DNA of 64,000 bases from Nageia nagi (taxonomy: Eukaryota > Plantae > Pinophyta). A model generated the notes under the pieces. It saw nothing but the letters and a program-made list of their open reading frames with translations, was not told the DNA's origin and did no database searches. Of this stretch, positions 12,005 to 25,555 are shown one piece after another (position 1 is the stretch's first letter; the number at the start of each line of letters is the position of its first letter). The position numbers were made by a program, and so were the translations under genes. The stretch lies in assembly GCA_050084985.1 (NCBI GenBank), contig JBITNC010000001.1, positions 173,414,001 through 173,478,000 on the forward strand, in the 5' to 3' direction.

Positions 12005-12309
12005 TTTATGAGTGCTTTTTTCTCTGATTATTAAGTATCTACAACTTCGTATAGTCTTCTTGAATAGCTGTTAGGAGGAAAACGATTTATTAACTTTGAG
12101 GCTGCCCTTGAATGCAATGGGAAATGTAAAAGGGACCTTATATGAGCTGGTTGTTTCCGATACCAAAAGATAAAATGGTTATTTGTTGAAACCTTAAAGA
12201 AAAGTCTTGATGCATTCAGCTGCAGACAAGTTCATACATCATGCGGTTTGACGGTTCAATTTTGTTGTTAGTCCTGGTTGTAGAGACATGTAGTTATGAG
12301 ACATAGCAA

Positions 12310-12530
12310 TGTAATACAAAATCTTTAGATCATGTTAGGCATAATTGTTTGATGATGCGGGAGAGATGTTGTTAAATGCTTTCACAATTTGAATTTGAGC
12401 ACAACTTGTGTAGCTTATTGTAATAATATAAAATCTTCAGATCATGTTAGACATGATTTCTTGATGATTCATATGGAGCTGCTGTTATATGTTTTTACAC
12501 TTCGAATTTGAGAACTTATGTTGCTTAGTA
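12310..12530. repeat. Diverged ~113-bp tandem duplication
   Basis: AAAATCTT(T/C)AGATCATGTTAG...TGATGAT...GAATTTGAG occurs twice in succession. Confidence 0.7.
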
Positions 12531-13474
12531 ATTCTATGATTTGGTGATTGTTATAAATCATATTAAAGAATTATCTTGTATTTTGATCCAAGTCTACTTT
12601 TTGTACTTGTTTTTATTTTGTCTTTTAAAAAATCCTAAGGATTTATTCAAATATAATCTAGCCTAATTGAAGGCTTAATATCTAAACATTAGGTTGAATT
12701 GATGTTGACTTATGATAAGGTCACTGAAGATTGCCTTGTTGGTTATGTAACTTATGTTAAAAGCTATAATGAATGTTGATATCTAAGATGCATTATTAGC
12801 TTCTTGTCATACGAAGGTGGAAGTGTTGGTATAGATTGTTGATTAAATGGGAGAGTCATGTGCTTGTTACACTATAAGTTTAACCAAATTGAAGGGGAGT
12901 GTTAAAACGGTTAGTATGCAATATGGTAAACAAATTACTACGAAACAGCATGATTATTTATAGACACAATCCTAGAATGTATCTAAATAGAAGTCATTTT
13001 AGCGGAACAGTGAGTATATCTTAACTTCAACAGCCATGATATTGAATGCCCAATCAAGAACACAAGGACAATAGCTCAAGTTCAGAAGAAATTAAACATG
13101 GCTGCATGCCTTGGACTTCATTGAATACTAAGTAGATCTCAAGAGTTGACTTGGCTCTGGGAAAATTTCTTGTCATATGCTCAATAACTAGAAATGCAAA
13201 AATATAATCAATTTTTTTGAATAATGCTCGTCTTTTTAATACTTGCCAAGTATTTCCAGTTTAAACAAGTTCTGCTGATTTTGTGTTAATTTTTTTGGCA
13301 GTTCATTTTCTTTAAAATAAAAAATCTAGTTTACTGACACATTTAATTGCCAATTTTGCTATCTGTTTATCTATATATATATATATCTGTGTGCGCACAT
13401 CTTTTAACACTCTCCAAGCATTTTCAGCTTAGACGAGTCTGTGTTGAGTTTGTATTTTTTCACCCTTCTGTTCG

Positions 13475-13770
13475 AAACAAAGCAAACTTCCAAGCTTTTT
13501 GCCCTGTTCCTGAATGCTTTTTGCCCTTCTATTATATACATCAAAACTAAAGCAAACCTTCAAACTTTTTTGCCCTTGTTTTCTGATTGAATGCACTGTA
13601 CCTGTTTCACCCTTGCACACTCAAATACTCGTGTATCTCTATGTGTGTAATAAAGTATTTTTTTCAAACCAAAGCAAATCTCCAAGCTTTTTTTCCATTA
13701 TATATACATGTATATTTCTAAACTAAACCAAGCATCCAAACTTTTTTGTCCTTCTGTTTGGACGGAATGC
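13475..13770. repeat. Degenerate local repeat (3-4 copies of AAAGCAAA..CCAAGCTTTTTGCCC)
   Basis: Related motifs near 13478, 13548, 13670 and 13729. Confidence 0.6.
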
Positions 13771-14399
13771 ACAATACCTGGTAACTATTGTAAAAGGCAT
13801 GCTGAATTTTCTTTGTAACGAGTGTTTTATGAAGTATGAAGTGAGCCGCAACTTTTTGTGATGAATGCCTTTTGATGGCATGTATATGTAAAGGAGGAAA
13901 ATTTAAAGTCCTCTCTTCCAGCGTGGATAACAGATTTGCAAACCTGAAAGTTCTGGCTATTGGTTATTAGGAATGGGTCATTGAAATTTTGAATTTAAAA
14001 ACGAATTTGAAACATTTCGTAAGCCCGAGATTCTGTTCCACTTATATATTATGCTTCCATTCTAGGCTTCTCAAAGCAGACCCATCAATCAGCTTACTCA
14101 TTTATTTAACCATGGCTAGGCGCATAATCAGAGATGAGTGCATTTGGTATGAGGAGATGAACCATTATTATGGATGAAATATTCTTTTCATTTGTTTCTT
14201 AGTTAACTAGGTGAAGTATTCTGAGCATCACTGGGAGAATATCGATGGATAGCCCTTACTATATGGTGAAATATTTGAATCCTTCCAATAGTAATTCAGA
14301 ATTGTTTTCCAGAATAATAAAACTTTAATCAGTATGGTAAGTAAACATTTTTGTGGAGTTCTTTTGATGTCACAACTTCATTTCTGGGTGTTGTTAGTA

Positions 14400-15300
14400 C
14401 CACCAATGTTGACAAGAAGTTATTTCCAATTTTGTAGCTGTCCAAAACCTGTCAAAACATATTTGTCATCTTTCAGAGGCAATAACTTTTGCTACAAAGA
14501 TCCATATTGTGCAAATGATATGTTCTTGGATAGATCTCCAAAAGGCTTTCCAACGATAGGTTACATGACGATATTTGGATCAGATTCGATCTATTTGTAG
14601 GCTCTGCACTAAACCGTATTTGGCTAAAAATGTAGTTGTGTGACTGTAATCATAGCAGTCTGTTTTTGCATTGTTGTTGTGACTGTGGAAGGCTGTAACT
14701 GTAGCTGAAGGTACCTGTTGAAGCCTTTTGTTGCACAACGACTGTATCTGGATGGTGACAGTAGAAGCGTATGACATTAATAGCTGGAAGGTGACTGTAG
14801 AAGGTTGTATACTGACTGGGTGGTGACTGTAGAAGGCTGCTGTGTGCTGGCTGGGTGATGATCGTAGAAGGCTGTTGTGGTTGTACTGTAGCTGTTATTA
14901 TAGTTGTAGCAGTTAGTTTATTGTAATTGTAACGGCTGCTGTAACTGTAGAAAGTTGTAACTGTAGTAAAAAGAAGTCCAAAAGACAATCTAAAAAGATA
15001 GAGAACGGCAAAGGACAAAGGCAAACCAAAAGACAGACTTGGTATGTGGAAGGTCAAGAGTTTGATTGGACTGTTATTAATGTCCTTTTTGACACCTTTT
15101 CATGGGTAATGAGTGATTGTGATCTCTTGGTAATGGTTTTTTCCCACATTGGAGTTTTTCAACTATAAATCTTGGTGTTCTCATTGTGTGAATGTTTTGT
15201 TAATTGTACTGTTATTTTTACTGTAGTTAGTTACATCTGCATTGAATATACATAATCCTTTCAACTGTAAATCTTTAATTCTGAGAATAGTCATGGTTTG
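14400..15300. mobile_element. Probable LTR remnant with GACTGTAG/ACTGTA low-complexity repeats; boundaries approximate
   Basis: Repeated (G)ACTGTAG units 14630-14970 and a CTATAAAT TATA-like box at ~15163; no TSD identified. Confidence 0.35.
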
Positions 15301-16366
15301 GCTATTATTATGGATCAAATAGCCTTCCAAAATGGTGGAACTGAAGCAGGTAAAAGTCGTTCAGGCCCTACAGAGGTAGTTTGATGAACTTGTTTGGAAT
15401 CCTATGCCATCAATGGGAAGCATTCTCCAATCCTCCTACTGGTGCAGTGGTGGATCAACTTGGAAATGAGCAAGAATGCTGAGCTGGGGCAAGCCAAAAT
15501 TTTACCCTTAGAAGTTGAAATCAAATTTAAAATTTCATGTATGAAGATCAACCATATGTAGGAGAAAAGAATGATCGTCTAACACAACTTGGAAACATAA
15601 CACACAGGATGAGCTGTTGGAACATATGCGGCATGAATTTAAATTTTTTTGTTAGAACTTGCGTCAAATGATGCTAAAAGGTGTGACTTGGCATGCCAGT
15701 TATCAATTTTAGGTTTTGTTGTTGGAGGTACAGAGCTGTATACGTAACCCACAAAGATCCATGCCCATGAGACATGTCTGAGATCCATAAATATTACATG
15801 TTGCAGAAATGTTGCAATTAAATTATTAATATTAATTTTTGGAAAAATCTCTGCAAATTACCAATATAATTGATATTTGGACTTACCCACTGTGATCCCT
15901 CATCATGATACAAAGGGTTGGATGTGTATTGTAGATTCATCACCAATTAACTGCTGTTTGTGTTCTCAAATGCAGGATATGAATTTAGTTGTACTTAAGA
16001 AACAAGAGCTTGAAATCGAAATGCGAACTTTAGCGGCAAGGGTGGTTTTGTATTTATGCTTTATCTTTGATATTTCTGCACATCTGCTTTACTGTCTAAA
16101 GTTAGCAGATGGTGATTTAGCAGGACTTGCATTGCCTGTATATGTGTGTGGGTACGGTGATGTTGTAGGTAAATAAGACAATTGTTATTGCATGCATGTG
16201 CATTTTCTAGACCATGATTGAACTTCTGGGAGAAGAGTTGCTGAAGAATATAAGACTGCTTCTACATTTCAAAACTGTTGACCAAGATTGTCCGCTTGCT
16301 ACTGAGGCTTCTTTCATGTGAGACTGTTGAAGAAAAATTTGAGGACAGGATGAGGAGATGATTGGA

Positions 16367-16436
16367 ATAAATCTTAAATAGAGTTTTATTGTCATTTTTA
16401 CATAAATCTTAAATAGAGTTTTATTGTCATTTTTAC
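16367..16436. repeat. Perfect 35-bp tandem duplication
   Basis: ATAAATCTTAAATAGAGTTTTATTGTCATTTTTAC twice in succession. Confidence 0.9.
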
Positions 16437-16561
16437 TTGAAAGAGGCGCTTCAATGTTGAGAAAAAGCCTATGAAAAAGAAAAAAACTCTGGAAAAAACA
16501 GGAATCTGAACATTTATTATTGCTTTGAATTGAAGCAAGCCTTCATAGAATTATAGCTGGA

Positions 16562-17458
16562 TGTGACTGCATGGGACTACAAATATGGACTGTAGCTGTA
16601 TGTGGAAGGACAAAGAAATAAATAAAGAAAGAAAAATGTATTAATGTCCACAAGTGATCAAAAGTGATCAACAAGAGTAGAGTGTACAAAAATAATGGAA
16701 TACCCAACAAAAACCTTAATAGGGCCCACTCTAAGATGAGAGTACAAATAACATAAAGCAAAAAGATCAAATATAGAGGGGATTAAAAGCCCTAAATGAT
16801 GTAGGAAGTGTAACATTAACATTAGGGCAATAACTACAAGTCATCTCTCTTGGGAGGGCGTGTGAGTTCTCTCCACCCCGAGGGCAAGATCTTGTTGGAC
16901 ATTGTGGGTTGTGTATGACGTACTATTGTTGGAGAAGAGGATGTGATTTGTCGAGTCCTCAATGGCTTATGTTCATCTTGAAGGGATCTCTTGGTATGGC
17001 ATGTTACTATCGGGTGGTTGTTTCACTATCTCTTGTAGGCATTCTTGAAGGAGGATGTCTATAAGAAAGATGTAATTCAACAGATCTCTATCGGGTGTCG
17101 TGTGCAAGATAGAAGGCACTTTTGTAGAAGGGAGACCTCTCGGATGTAAGGAGCTAGGCATTGTTGATCAGTGTATTGGAAGAAAGTGGATAGTGAACCG
17201 TGAGTGTCTCATAAGAGACAATGGTAACGGCCTTGGATCTCATAGTAGCCTGAGTACTAAAAGTTGAACTGATCTTTGGACTCAAGTTTCCAATGAGCAC
17301 AAGCAACAAACTTGTAAATCTCGAGCAAGATGCTGATCCATCTTTATCCCCAATTGAAAGGAACAAAATTGAAACTGTTTTGAGGTACAATGTCAAACCA
17401 AGAGGTAGGTGCAAACTCATGTATCCCAGGCATAGGATCAGTCCTTCATCGCTCTAAC
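16562..17458 (-). mobile_element. Possible solo LTR
   Basis: The - strand starts TGTTAG and ends GTCACA with an LTR-like compositional layout; no matching 5-bp TSD found. Confidence 0.3.
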
Positions 17459-19268
17459 AAAGTGTCATGAATAATGCTCCAAGATGATTAATTAATTAGG
17501 AAGATGTTGAGATAGTTAATAGTCTATACTCTATATATTAGTTTGTACATTAGTGAAATGTTTTGAAAACTATTGTGGGGTTATAGTTTCCAGTATAGGA
17601 ATATGATAACAAAATTAATTGCACTATTATGAGTTTGTAGGTGAAGATAATAAACATTTGTGCTTTTGATTTTTTTTTCTTGGTGGTATTAGAAAGGCTC
17701 AATGGTGTTGATGCACAATTTTACATTTTTCTGTGCCTTCGCTTTATTCTTCATAATTTGGTTTATATCTTTCTTGTCTAAAAGTTAAAATGAATAACAC
17801 AACATACATGCCATGGACATTTTTGTAGATGAAACTCACCTTTGGCTATCTTTACAAAAAAGTATGAATTACTGATTGAAAATATCAAAAGAATTGGGAA
17901 ATAGTTAATATTATTCGCAACAAAAGCTCAGAACTCTATCAAAATATGCTTACTGTTTTTTCATTAATTTTAGATTTACACAGTTCCTTATGGGACATGC
18001 ACTTGGCTTGGACTAGTGAAAGGTGGAACATCATTAAAAGCTATAAAATCTGGGTTATTTGTGTGTAACTATTTCAACAAATAGATCACACATCAACACA
18101 ATTCCCTTTCTCAAAAATAATCAGTCTATTACTGCACCATAATAGTTTGTTGTATTTAATGCTAATAAGAAGACCAGCCTTATTCTCCTGTAGGACAGAC
18201 TGTATAGGCAAGTAAATTATCAGTAATGGAAGATTGTTTGTGATTTCTATTGGGCTAAATACTGTGGTAATTAGAATGATTTTTAACTACAAGAAAGTTT
18301 CAAATTATAACCTTCAAATTATTGTGCCAAATATAGATTTGAATTATTTTCTTACTCTTTCATTCATCTTATTTCAAATCTGACTCTTTATGTTTGAACC
18401 TTTTGCAGAGCTATTGAAGACAGGTCTGCTTGTTGCAGATTCTATTTTAATCCATGTTTTGCAAATCAAGGCATTTATTGCTCCCAAGAGATAATCTTAC
18501 TCATGTTGAAATAAATTATAAATCATTCAAAGTTCTCTACTCTGCGTTCAAGACTATGACATGATGAATACAAGCAAATTGATCATGTTACTATATCTTG
18601 GAATGGGTTAAGAATATTGTGACCGTTTTCATAGAATGGTTGGAGTGATGTAATTCTTTCTTACAGGCAGCTTTAGGACAATAATGGTGGGAATGCTTAG
18701 CTGTTTTCTGGCTTTCCTATTTCACTTAATGATGCACTGCTTCTTCAAGAATGCTTGTTGGTGTTTACTTCTTTCATCTTTGTATGAGTTGGTGCGTAAT
18801 TAACAATATTGAGAATGGATGCATAAATTCCCGACTCGGATCATGCTGAAAATTTCCGACTTGGATCATGCTGAAAATTTCTGAGATAATTTCATTTGTT
18901 AGTTTAATCTTCTGCAGTTGCTTAGGTGACATGTGGAGTTTAGGATTGCTTGCTTCATGTCTTCCATTGAGAGCGTTTGGGTTGCTACATTTATTAGATG
19001 CGTTGGTTTCTACTTTAAACTAGGTTAAAGCTATTGATTTCAACGAGTGTCAAAAATCATTTGAACTGCACATCTAATGTGGGAGCTATAGTATTTATGT
19101 TCAGCATCCGCCAAGGAATGGAGACTGTTTTGCATGATCTTGTGTTTATGTTATAGAAATTTAAGTTACTAAACAACACTCTTAAGACATTTCATGCAAC
19201 TTTTTAACAGTAGTTTTTGCTTTGTTGCTTGTCTATGTAAAGGAACAGTATAAATCATAACGATATAA

Positions 19269-19522
19269 TTTCTTTATTGGCAATGCTTTACATGCGAGGC
19301 ACAATATGTTTTATTAAAAGCACAAACTACATGGAAGAATAAGTCAAACATGAAAATAGTATTGTATTGAATCTTTATGCCATACAATACGAAGTTTCTT
19401 TATTGACAATGCCTTATACGAGAGGCACAATGTGTTTTATTAAAAGTGCAAACTACATATACATGGAAGTATAAGTCAAGAATGAAAATAGTATTGTATT
19501 GAATATTTATGCTGTACAATAC
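19269..19522. repeat. ~125-bp tandem duplication downstream of UBP22
   Basis: TTTCTTTATTG(G/A)CAATG...GAGGCACAAT...TGAAAATAGTATTGTATTGAAT...TACAATAC twice. Confidence 0.85.
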
Positions 19523-19809
19523 AAAGGGAAAAGTACTTAAAAGAAATCTTGAAAACACACAAGGAATGAATTTGTACCAAATTTTCTATTGCTTGTATTA
19601 AATTCTCCACGCACATGTCTTCTTCTTGCCCATTTGTTAATTACCCAAATTGCTCGACTCAGCTGATGCTGATCATATTCATTTTATTTGATTGCATGAA
19701 ATGACTGTTTCAAAGTATCCCTTTCAGTAGCTTCCTACAATGGCTCTAGTGCTGCAAGTAGATGTAAAATTAAGGCCTTGCATTTCCTTTCAGAAGTTAA
19801 AACTTACGA

Positions 19810-22622
19810 TTATTTGGTCTCATAATGAAAGGTTTTCTGAATATAGTATAACATGTAGCCTTGAGAAGCCCTAACCACTTCCTCACTGACTTGATTTATC
19901 CATGCATCATCGCATTTATACCATTTTCCACCTGATCTCAAGAAAGCAACATAATGACCTGAATCCATATTTCCAGAATGAGTCACTACAGCGAAAAGAT
20001 CAAATTTAGATGACATTTTTTCAGAAACTGCCGGTATCTCATCATCATTCTCTACAGACAAAGTTCTATTGCCATATCTCAATCTAACAATGGACGAAGA
20101 CATATATGGAGTCATATCCAAACTGAAAGGAAATTGCATGTAGCGATCAACCTTCTTTGTGGTTTGCTGGGTAGTTGAGTGCTCGAATCTCTTGATATGA
20201 AAAGACAACACCAATGGCAACTTCTTTACAGACATCTGTTTAATGGATTCTTGTTGTCTCTTACAATGTATACAATAGATTTTTTCATTCGAGCCAAGTC
20301 TCTCAGGCCTCGTGAACTTATCTAAACAACCGAGAAGAGTTGACATTCCAGTCACACGGCCTTTGTGGAACAGGTCACCTCTTAAATTGGCACAATCTGA
20401 ATCCGGAGGAATTTTTTTCCGTACAATGCTTCGTTCCAAATCCAAGGATAGATCCAAGCAAGGGTCATAAGTAGTTGAAGTGGAGTTGCAGATGGTACAT
20501 GTAACATCTGATCTAAGAACTCCTGAGAAGACTTTGTGAACAATGCATCTACATTGTGCGCTACCTGCATTGCTGCAATTAGAGATGTGTCAGTTTCTCA
20601 ATTATAGTAGGATGGTATTTTTTTAATTAAATAATAATTTTTATTGAAACGGATATGCAAAACTGGACAAAGAAATGATCTTCAATTAGAGAAAATCAAA
20701 TGATGATATAAATACAGGGGATGAAAGAAGTTAGAAAATGCTGATTACTAAGAAGGTGCTGCATCCATATACCCGTGGAGCAATCAATTTATTATTTATA
20801 GACCAGTGTAGGACACAACTTGCAAGAAAAAAAACACATGTCAAAACGGCATGAAGAAGGTCAAGAAATTTGGGGAATTTAGAGGATCTATGTATGTGGC
20901 ATGAAGGTGGTCAAGAAATGGCCTATAGCCTGACGAATTGATTTTATTGATTGAGCATTCTCTTTAAACATTGTGGCACCACTTCCAATTCGTGATGACC
21001 GGGGCAACTACTCCTATGCTACTTGAACTGCAGATTGCTTTATGACAATGCACCTTCCTTGAAAATCCCTGTCAAGAATGACCTGATGGTGGCCGTATTC
21101 GGTGGTTTAGTTGAACTGCTATTGGGGGATACTATTTAGGGAAATACATGCACTGCCAAAGAAAGAATGAAATAAATTTCGTATATAGAGGATTACAAAG
21201 AAGGAATGAGGGAGCCTTTATCTATATCATTATTTATATCCTTTTCGGTAAATACGGTATATTTTTAACACTTGTCATCAATAATCATGCGTAATGAAAA
21301 CAGGAAACAAGCAGCTGGTTTTACAAGTCTCAACTTTTTTTATTCTTCTTGTTTTAAAACAATTAAAGGTGGATGGAGATGCAAAGCTAATTGAGGTTTG
21401 CATAAGCAATAAGGAAACTTCACCATTGTGACTGTATGCCCTTAGTCGAAGCTGTTGCATGGTTGGCATGAATTCCATCAACGGCAGAAATAAAGAAGTC
21501 GTGTGCATCATGCTGCTCGTACCCTGCAAAATTCCCCGCATGTTGCCACCAACTGCATTGAGGATAACATCATTCATGTTACGAAACACGCATTTCAACA
21601 AACATTCTGCAAGGGGGTCTCTTTCATAATAACAACATTCATACAAATTTCAACAAACATTCTGCAAGGGGGTCTCTTTCATAACAACAATATTAATAAA
21701 GCACTAAACATCAATAATATCTAATCTAGTTTTGGTTAACTGCATACCTGTAAAGAAACCGTGCAGGGCTATAGGGACTCCGAGCCCCAGAAAAGGAGGC
21801 CGAGAATATATCATCCATATCGCAACTTATGCACCCATTATGCTGCTGACAAAATGCACGGTTATGACGATCACTGAGGAAATAATTTCTCAGAGGAGGA
21901 GTGTGCAGAAGGGCCTGCAGCACGCAATTCATGAAGCACGTATTGCCCAAATTATTCAACCCCCTTAATCCCCAAGGCCGAAAATCCTCATCACTCCCAC
22001 TCTCTCGACAAGTCAATCTTGTGGCCCTTTGCCGAATAAGACTCTTCTCTGCATTACTTGGCACCCAAGACCTATATTCAACAATTCTCCTCCTCTTTTT
22101 GCATCCCCATTTCAGTCCATTCAACCCACTGTTAACGATTTCTCCATCCCTCTCGCCGCCCATTTGCTCTCTTTTTAGCATACTATTGTTTTTGTCATCA
22201 TGATGCTGTGGAGTTGGAGCTATTGCTCTTTTGGTGGAGCAGAGAACCAGTGTGTCAAAATCAGGGTCGTAGACCTGGTCATTGCAGGCACCGCAGTAAA
22301 GCTCTGCTCTGTCCAAATCCACAGAGATGTTATGAGATGGTTTCCTGTTGTGGCTATGGAGATGGGCATTGCAGTGGATGTCTGCACAGATGAGACATGC
22401 ATATAATCTTCTTTTTCCACTGGTTTTACCGCATGCGATGCAGGTGGGCACTTGTTGTATTGTTTCATCCTTTCCTGATGTTACGCTCCATGAGAATCCT
22501 GACTGCAACGACAGGCATTTCTGCACAACTCTGAAGCCCCTGAGACCCTGTCTCGATTTGTAGTCCAGGAGGTGCTGGCATGCCCTGTAGGCTTCTTCTC
22601 TGCTCTTCTTCTTCTTCAACAT
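19810..22622 (-). CDS. UBP22: Ubiquitin carboxyl-terminal hydrolase 22-like (USP22/Ubp8 family, SAGA deubiquitination module), ~588 aa; exons 22622-21748, 21552-21424, 20572-19810
   Basis: N-terminal zf-UBP (CIAC..LYACLIC..H..ISVDLDRAELYCGACNDQVYD), Cys box GLNNLGNTCFMN, SWWQH..GYEQHDAHDFF, FSGVLRSDVTC, His box HSGNMDSGHY..WYKCDD. A GT-AG model gives 1767 nt in frame. The exon 2/3 junction and start codon are less certain. Confidence 0.9.
21592..21693. repeat. 55-bp tandem duplication in UBP22 intron 1
   Basis: ATTTCAACAAACATTCTGCAAGGGGGTCTCTTTCATAA twice. Confidence 0.9.
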
Positions 22623-25555
22623 TCTTTCTTCTTGATCCTTGTCCCGAATGGCCTCCCTCCAAAGAGGCACGTAATGAGGGAATGATATTTTTCTCCTGTT
22701 GCTAGACTGAGATGTGAAAGGGGGCGCTAAAGCAAAGGGAAATACCACTACTCTCCTGTATACATTTTCACCTTCTCAGATTTCGTTTGTTTACAATCCA
22801 GTTTGAAGTCCGAGACGATCGATAATTTGGCCGTATAATTGTATTGATTATCGAAAATTGGGAACGGTGAGCGATGCTCATGCAAGAAACTTTTTTTTGA
22901 CAGATTGACGACACGGAAGGACCATTAAGAGGACGCCACTATATTCAAACATAGGAGTGAGATTGGTTGGTGTTAATGGGTTGTTTTAAATCAGTGTTCC
23001 TTATGTTGAGGTCTTATTAATAGGGTTGCAATTTAACAGAATTCATAAAACACCTCCAATGATTTTCAAAGGACAAAGATTACCATAATGTTTTCTAGAT
23101 AAAATCATTATGACATTTATCCTTGTGTCAACATTTTAGTATTATTTTTTTTATAATTTTTGTATTTCAATCATTGAATTTACCATCCTTGTTTGGTATC
23201 TCTTTTATGTTTATAATGATCATAGTATATTTCGTTCATTAACTTGGTTGGTTTTATTATGTGTTACATTTTTGGTGAATTTTAATTTGTTTTATGTTTT
23301 CTATATATTTTTAATTGAAAATTTTAAATTTGTAAATTTTTAGATAATTTATCTAAATGCATGAAAGAGTTAAAGTTCTTATTCTTATTACAAGAAGTGC
23401 TAGGTTAAATGTTAAAATAGAATCTTATAATAATTTTAAATTCAACCATGTTGATGGTGATTATGATTTGTTTTGCATCATAAGATAATAATGAGCGAAA
23501 TAATTTTTTTCGAATGATAATGAAGAAATTAACCCATAATTTGATATTCAAGTTGTCCATAATCAAGATCTCCATAATAATTTCAATAAATGCCTTTTGC
23601 AACATTCACGATTTATGAATCTTTTTTTTATTCCTTAACAAGGATGTCTTTTTTCATTTATTATTTGAAATTTAATATTAATGTCCATGGGTGATACAAA
23701 ATTATCAATATGATTACAAAAAAAAATACATATAAATAAGAGCAAGGGATTGCCTAATGTAACTCCAACGAGTAAGTGAGAAGTAAGCACAAAAGAGTAT
23801 CAAAATACAACTAGTTTGAGCAGGGTAGAAAGCCTTCATATGGAGAATTAAGGGGCTCCATCATCATCTGAGGTTAGAAAGAAGCTTCAAATGTTATAAC
23901 CAGAGGAAGTAACCAAATGTTTAGTGATACTATACTAACAAGTAATCCTTCCAGAGTCTTCAAGGTTCATGTGATGCTTTTGATTTGTAGCTTCTTGTGA
24001 TTGAAAATAGAATGTGATAAGTTTGGAACTCGTTGTGTCGGGGGATTTATCAATGATCACTTTTTGTCTGAGGTAGGTGGTTTCTTGGATATAGTGTAAC
24101 ACATATATGGTCTTTGTAATTTATACATGATTTCAACATGTGTGTGCTTCTAAATAAATAATGGAATTGACCTTGAGTTTCATAGTAGATGGGGCAAATG
24201 AATATGAAATACTTTTGTCTTTGGTTGCATATACGTTGATCTATAGGGATATGGTGGTTTGTCTTAATACGAAGTTTGTGTGAAAAAATCCTTATCTAGC
24301 CAAAGGGGAAATAGAGATCATGAGATATGTGGATGTAATCAAGGATGATAATAGCTCCATTCTCTAGTTTCATGTCAACTTAAAGATAATGCAAGAGCTT
24401 TGGTGAAAACGTTCTTTCCACTTTCACCAAATGATGTATAATTGAAATCGCTCCTATGCATCTCAAACTATCTCTTTTATCCCTTCTAATTCAATTCCTA
24501 TGTCTCAAATTATTATTAACAAAATCATTAATTACACTCCTAAATCCTATTTGACCTTTCTTTATCTACCCTTATTTATAGTAATTACACACTAGTAATA
24601 CATGTCCTTAGTTCTTTCCCCTTCATCCACTCTTATTTGATATTCTTTACCTCAATCAAGAAATATTATAGCAAGTCTTGGAAACATTATAACAATTTTT
24701 GCCCTTCCATTTTTTTGGAATTGTATATTTGTTAACCACCAAAAACCTACTTCGTTTTTAAATTGTATTATTTGCCCTTATGTTATTTATTTACCTATTA
24801 CTAGATCTAAGATAATTCTCTTTCTTAAATCTCAAAAATTCAAAACTTTTTGAGATGATGACCTTCCTTCAATAGATGTAAATTCATCCTTAATTATCTT
24901 ATCCCTTCTGAAGTTTCAAAACTTCAAACCTTTACAAGTAAAGAAGATCAACACATCAAATTTGACAATTTAAGGAATTATATAATAAAATTGCCAAAAG
25001 ATTTTTGAAAAGCCTAAAAGGTTAACACTCTTGAGTGGTTATATAAATCATCAAAAAATCATATTTTCACCTCTTTTTTTCTCCTTTGTAGACATCCTTG
25101 TGGATCATTTCAAGATTAACATTACTAAAATGATAATATTTCAAAATTAAGGTTACCTCCCTCTCAGTTCTTAGAGAGGACCTCTAATCTTTCTACTAGA
25201 GATAACAACAAAAGGATCAAGAAGGAAATCTACTCAACTTACTTGAAAACAAAATGGATTGAATTGAAAAAACCACTTTCATCGAAGCTCTTGCATTATT
25301 TTTAGGTTTACATGAAACCAAAGAATGATGCTATTGCCATCCTTGATTACATCAAGCTACACATATCTCATGGATTCTATTTCCCCTTGGCAAGATAAAG
25401 GTTTACATATACCAACTTTCTATCGAGATAAACCATTATACCCATAGAGATTAGTGTATATGCAAATTGTATAGCATGTAACTAAATATTGAAGAGTATT
25501 TCATATTTATTTATCCCATTTCCTATGTGTAAACACCCTAAAATTGCATTTTACA

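Noticed and set aside
12888-12910. PPT-like GAAGGGGAG followed by TGTT (possible Copia 3' LTR start)
   Set aside because: No coding remnant, partner LTR or TSD could be found to support an element.
14650-15057. 135-aa Thr/Ser/Gln-rich ORF
   Set aside because: Translation of ACTGTA low-complexity repeats; no domain signal.
22623-22748. N-terminal extension of UBP22 in the ORF track
   Set aside because: It begins at GTG; the first in-frame ATG is at 22622, immediately before the conserved region.
23690-24440. Possible additional LINE 3' fragment (- strand W*KWKER motif near 24420)
   Set aside because: Only one short motif; too decayed to call.
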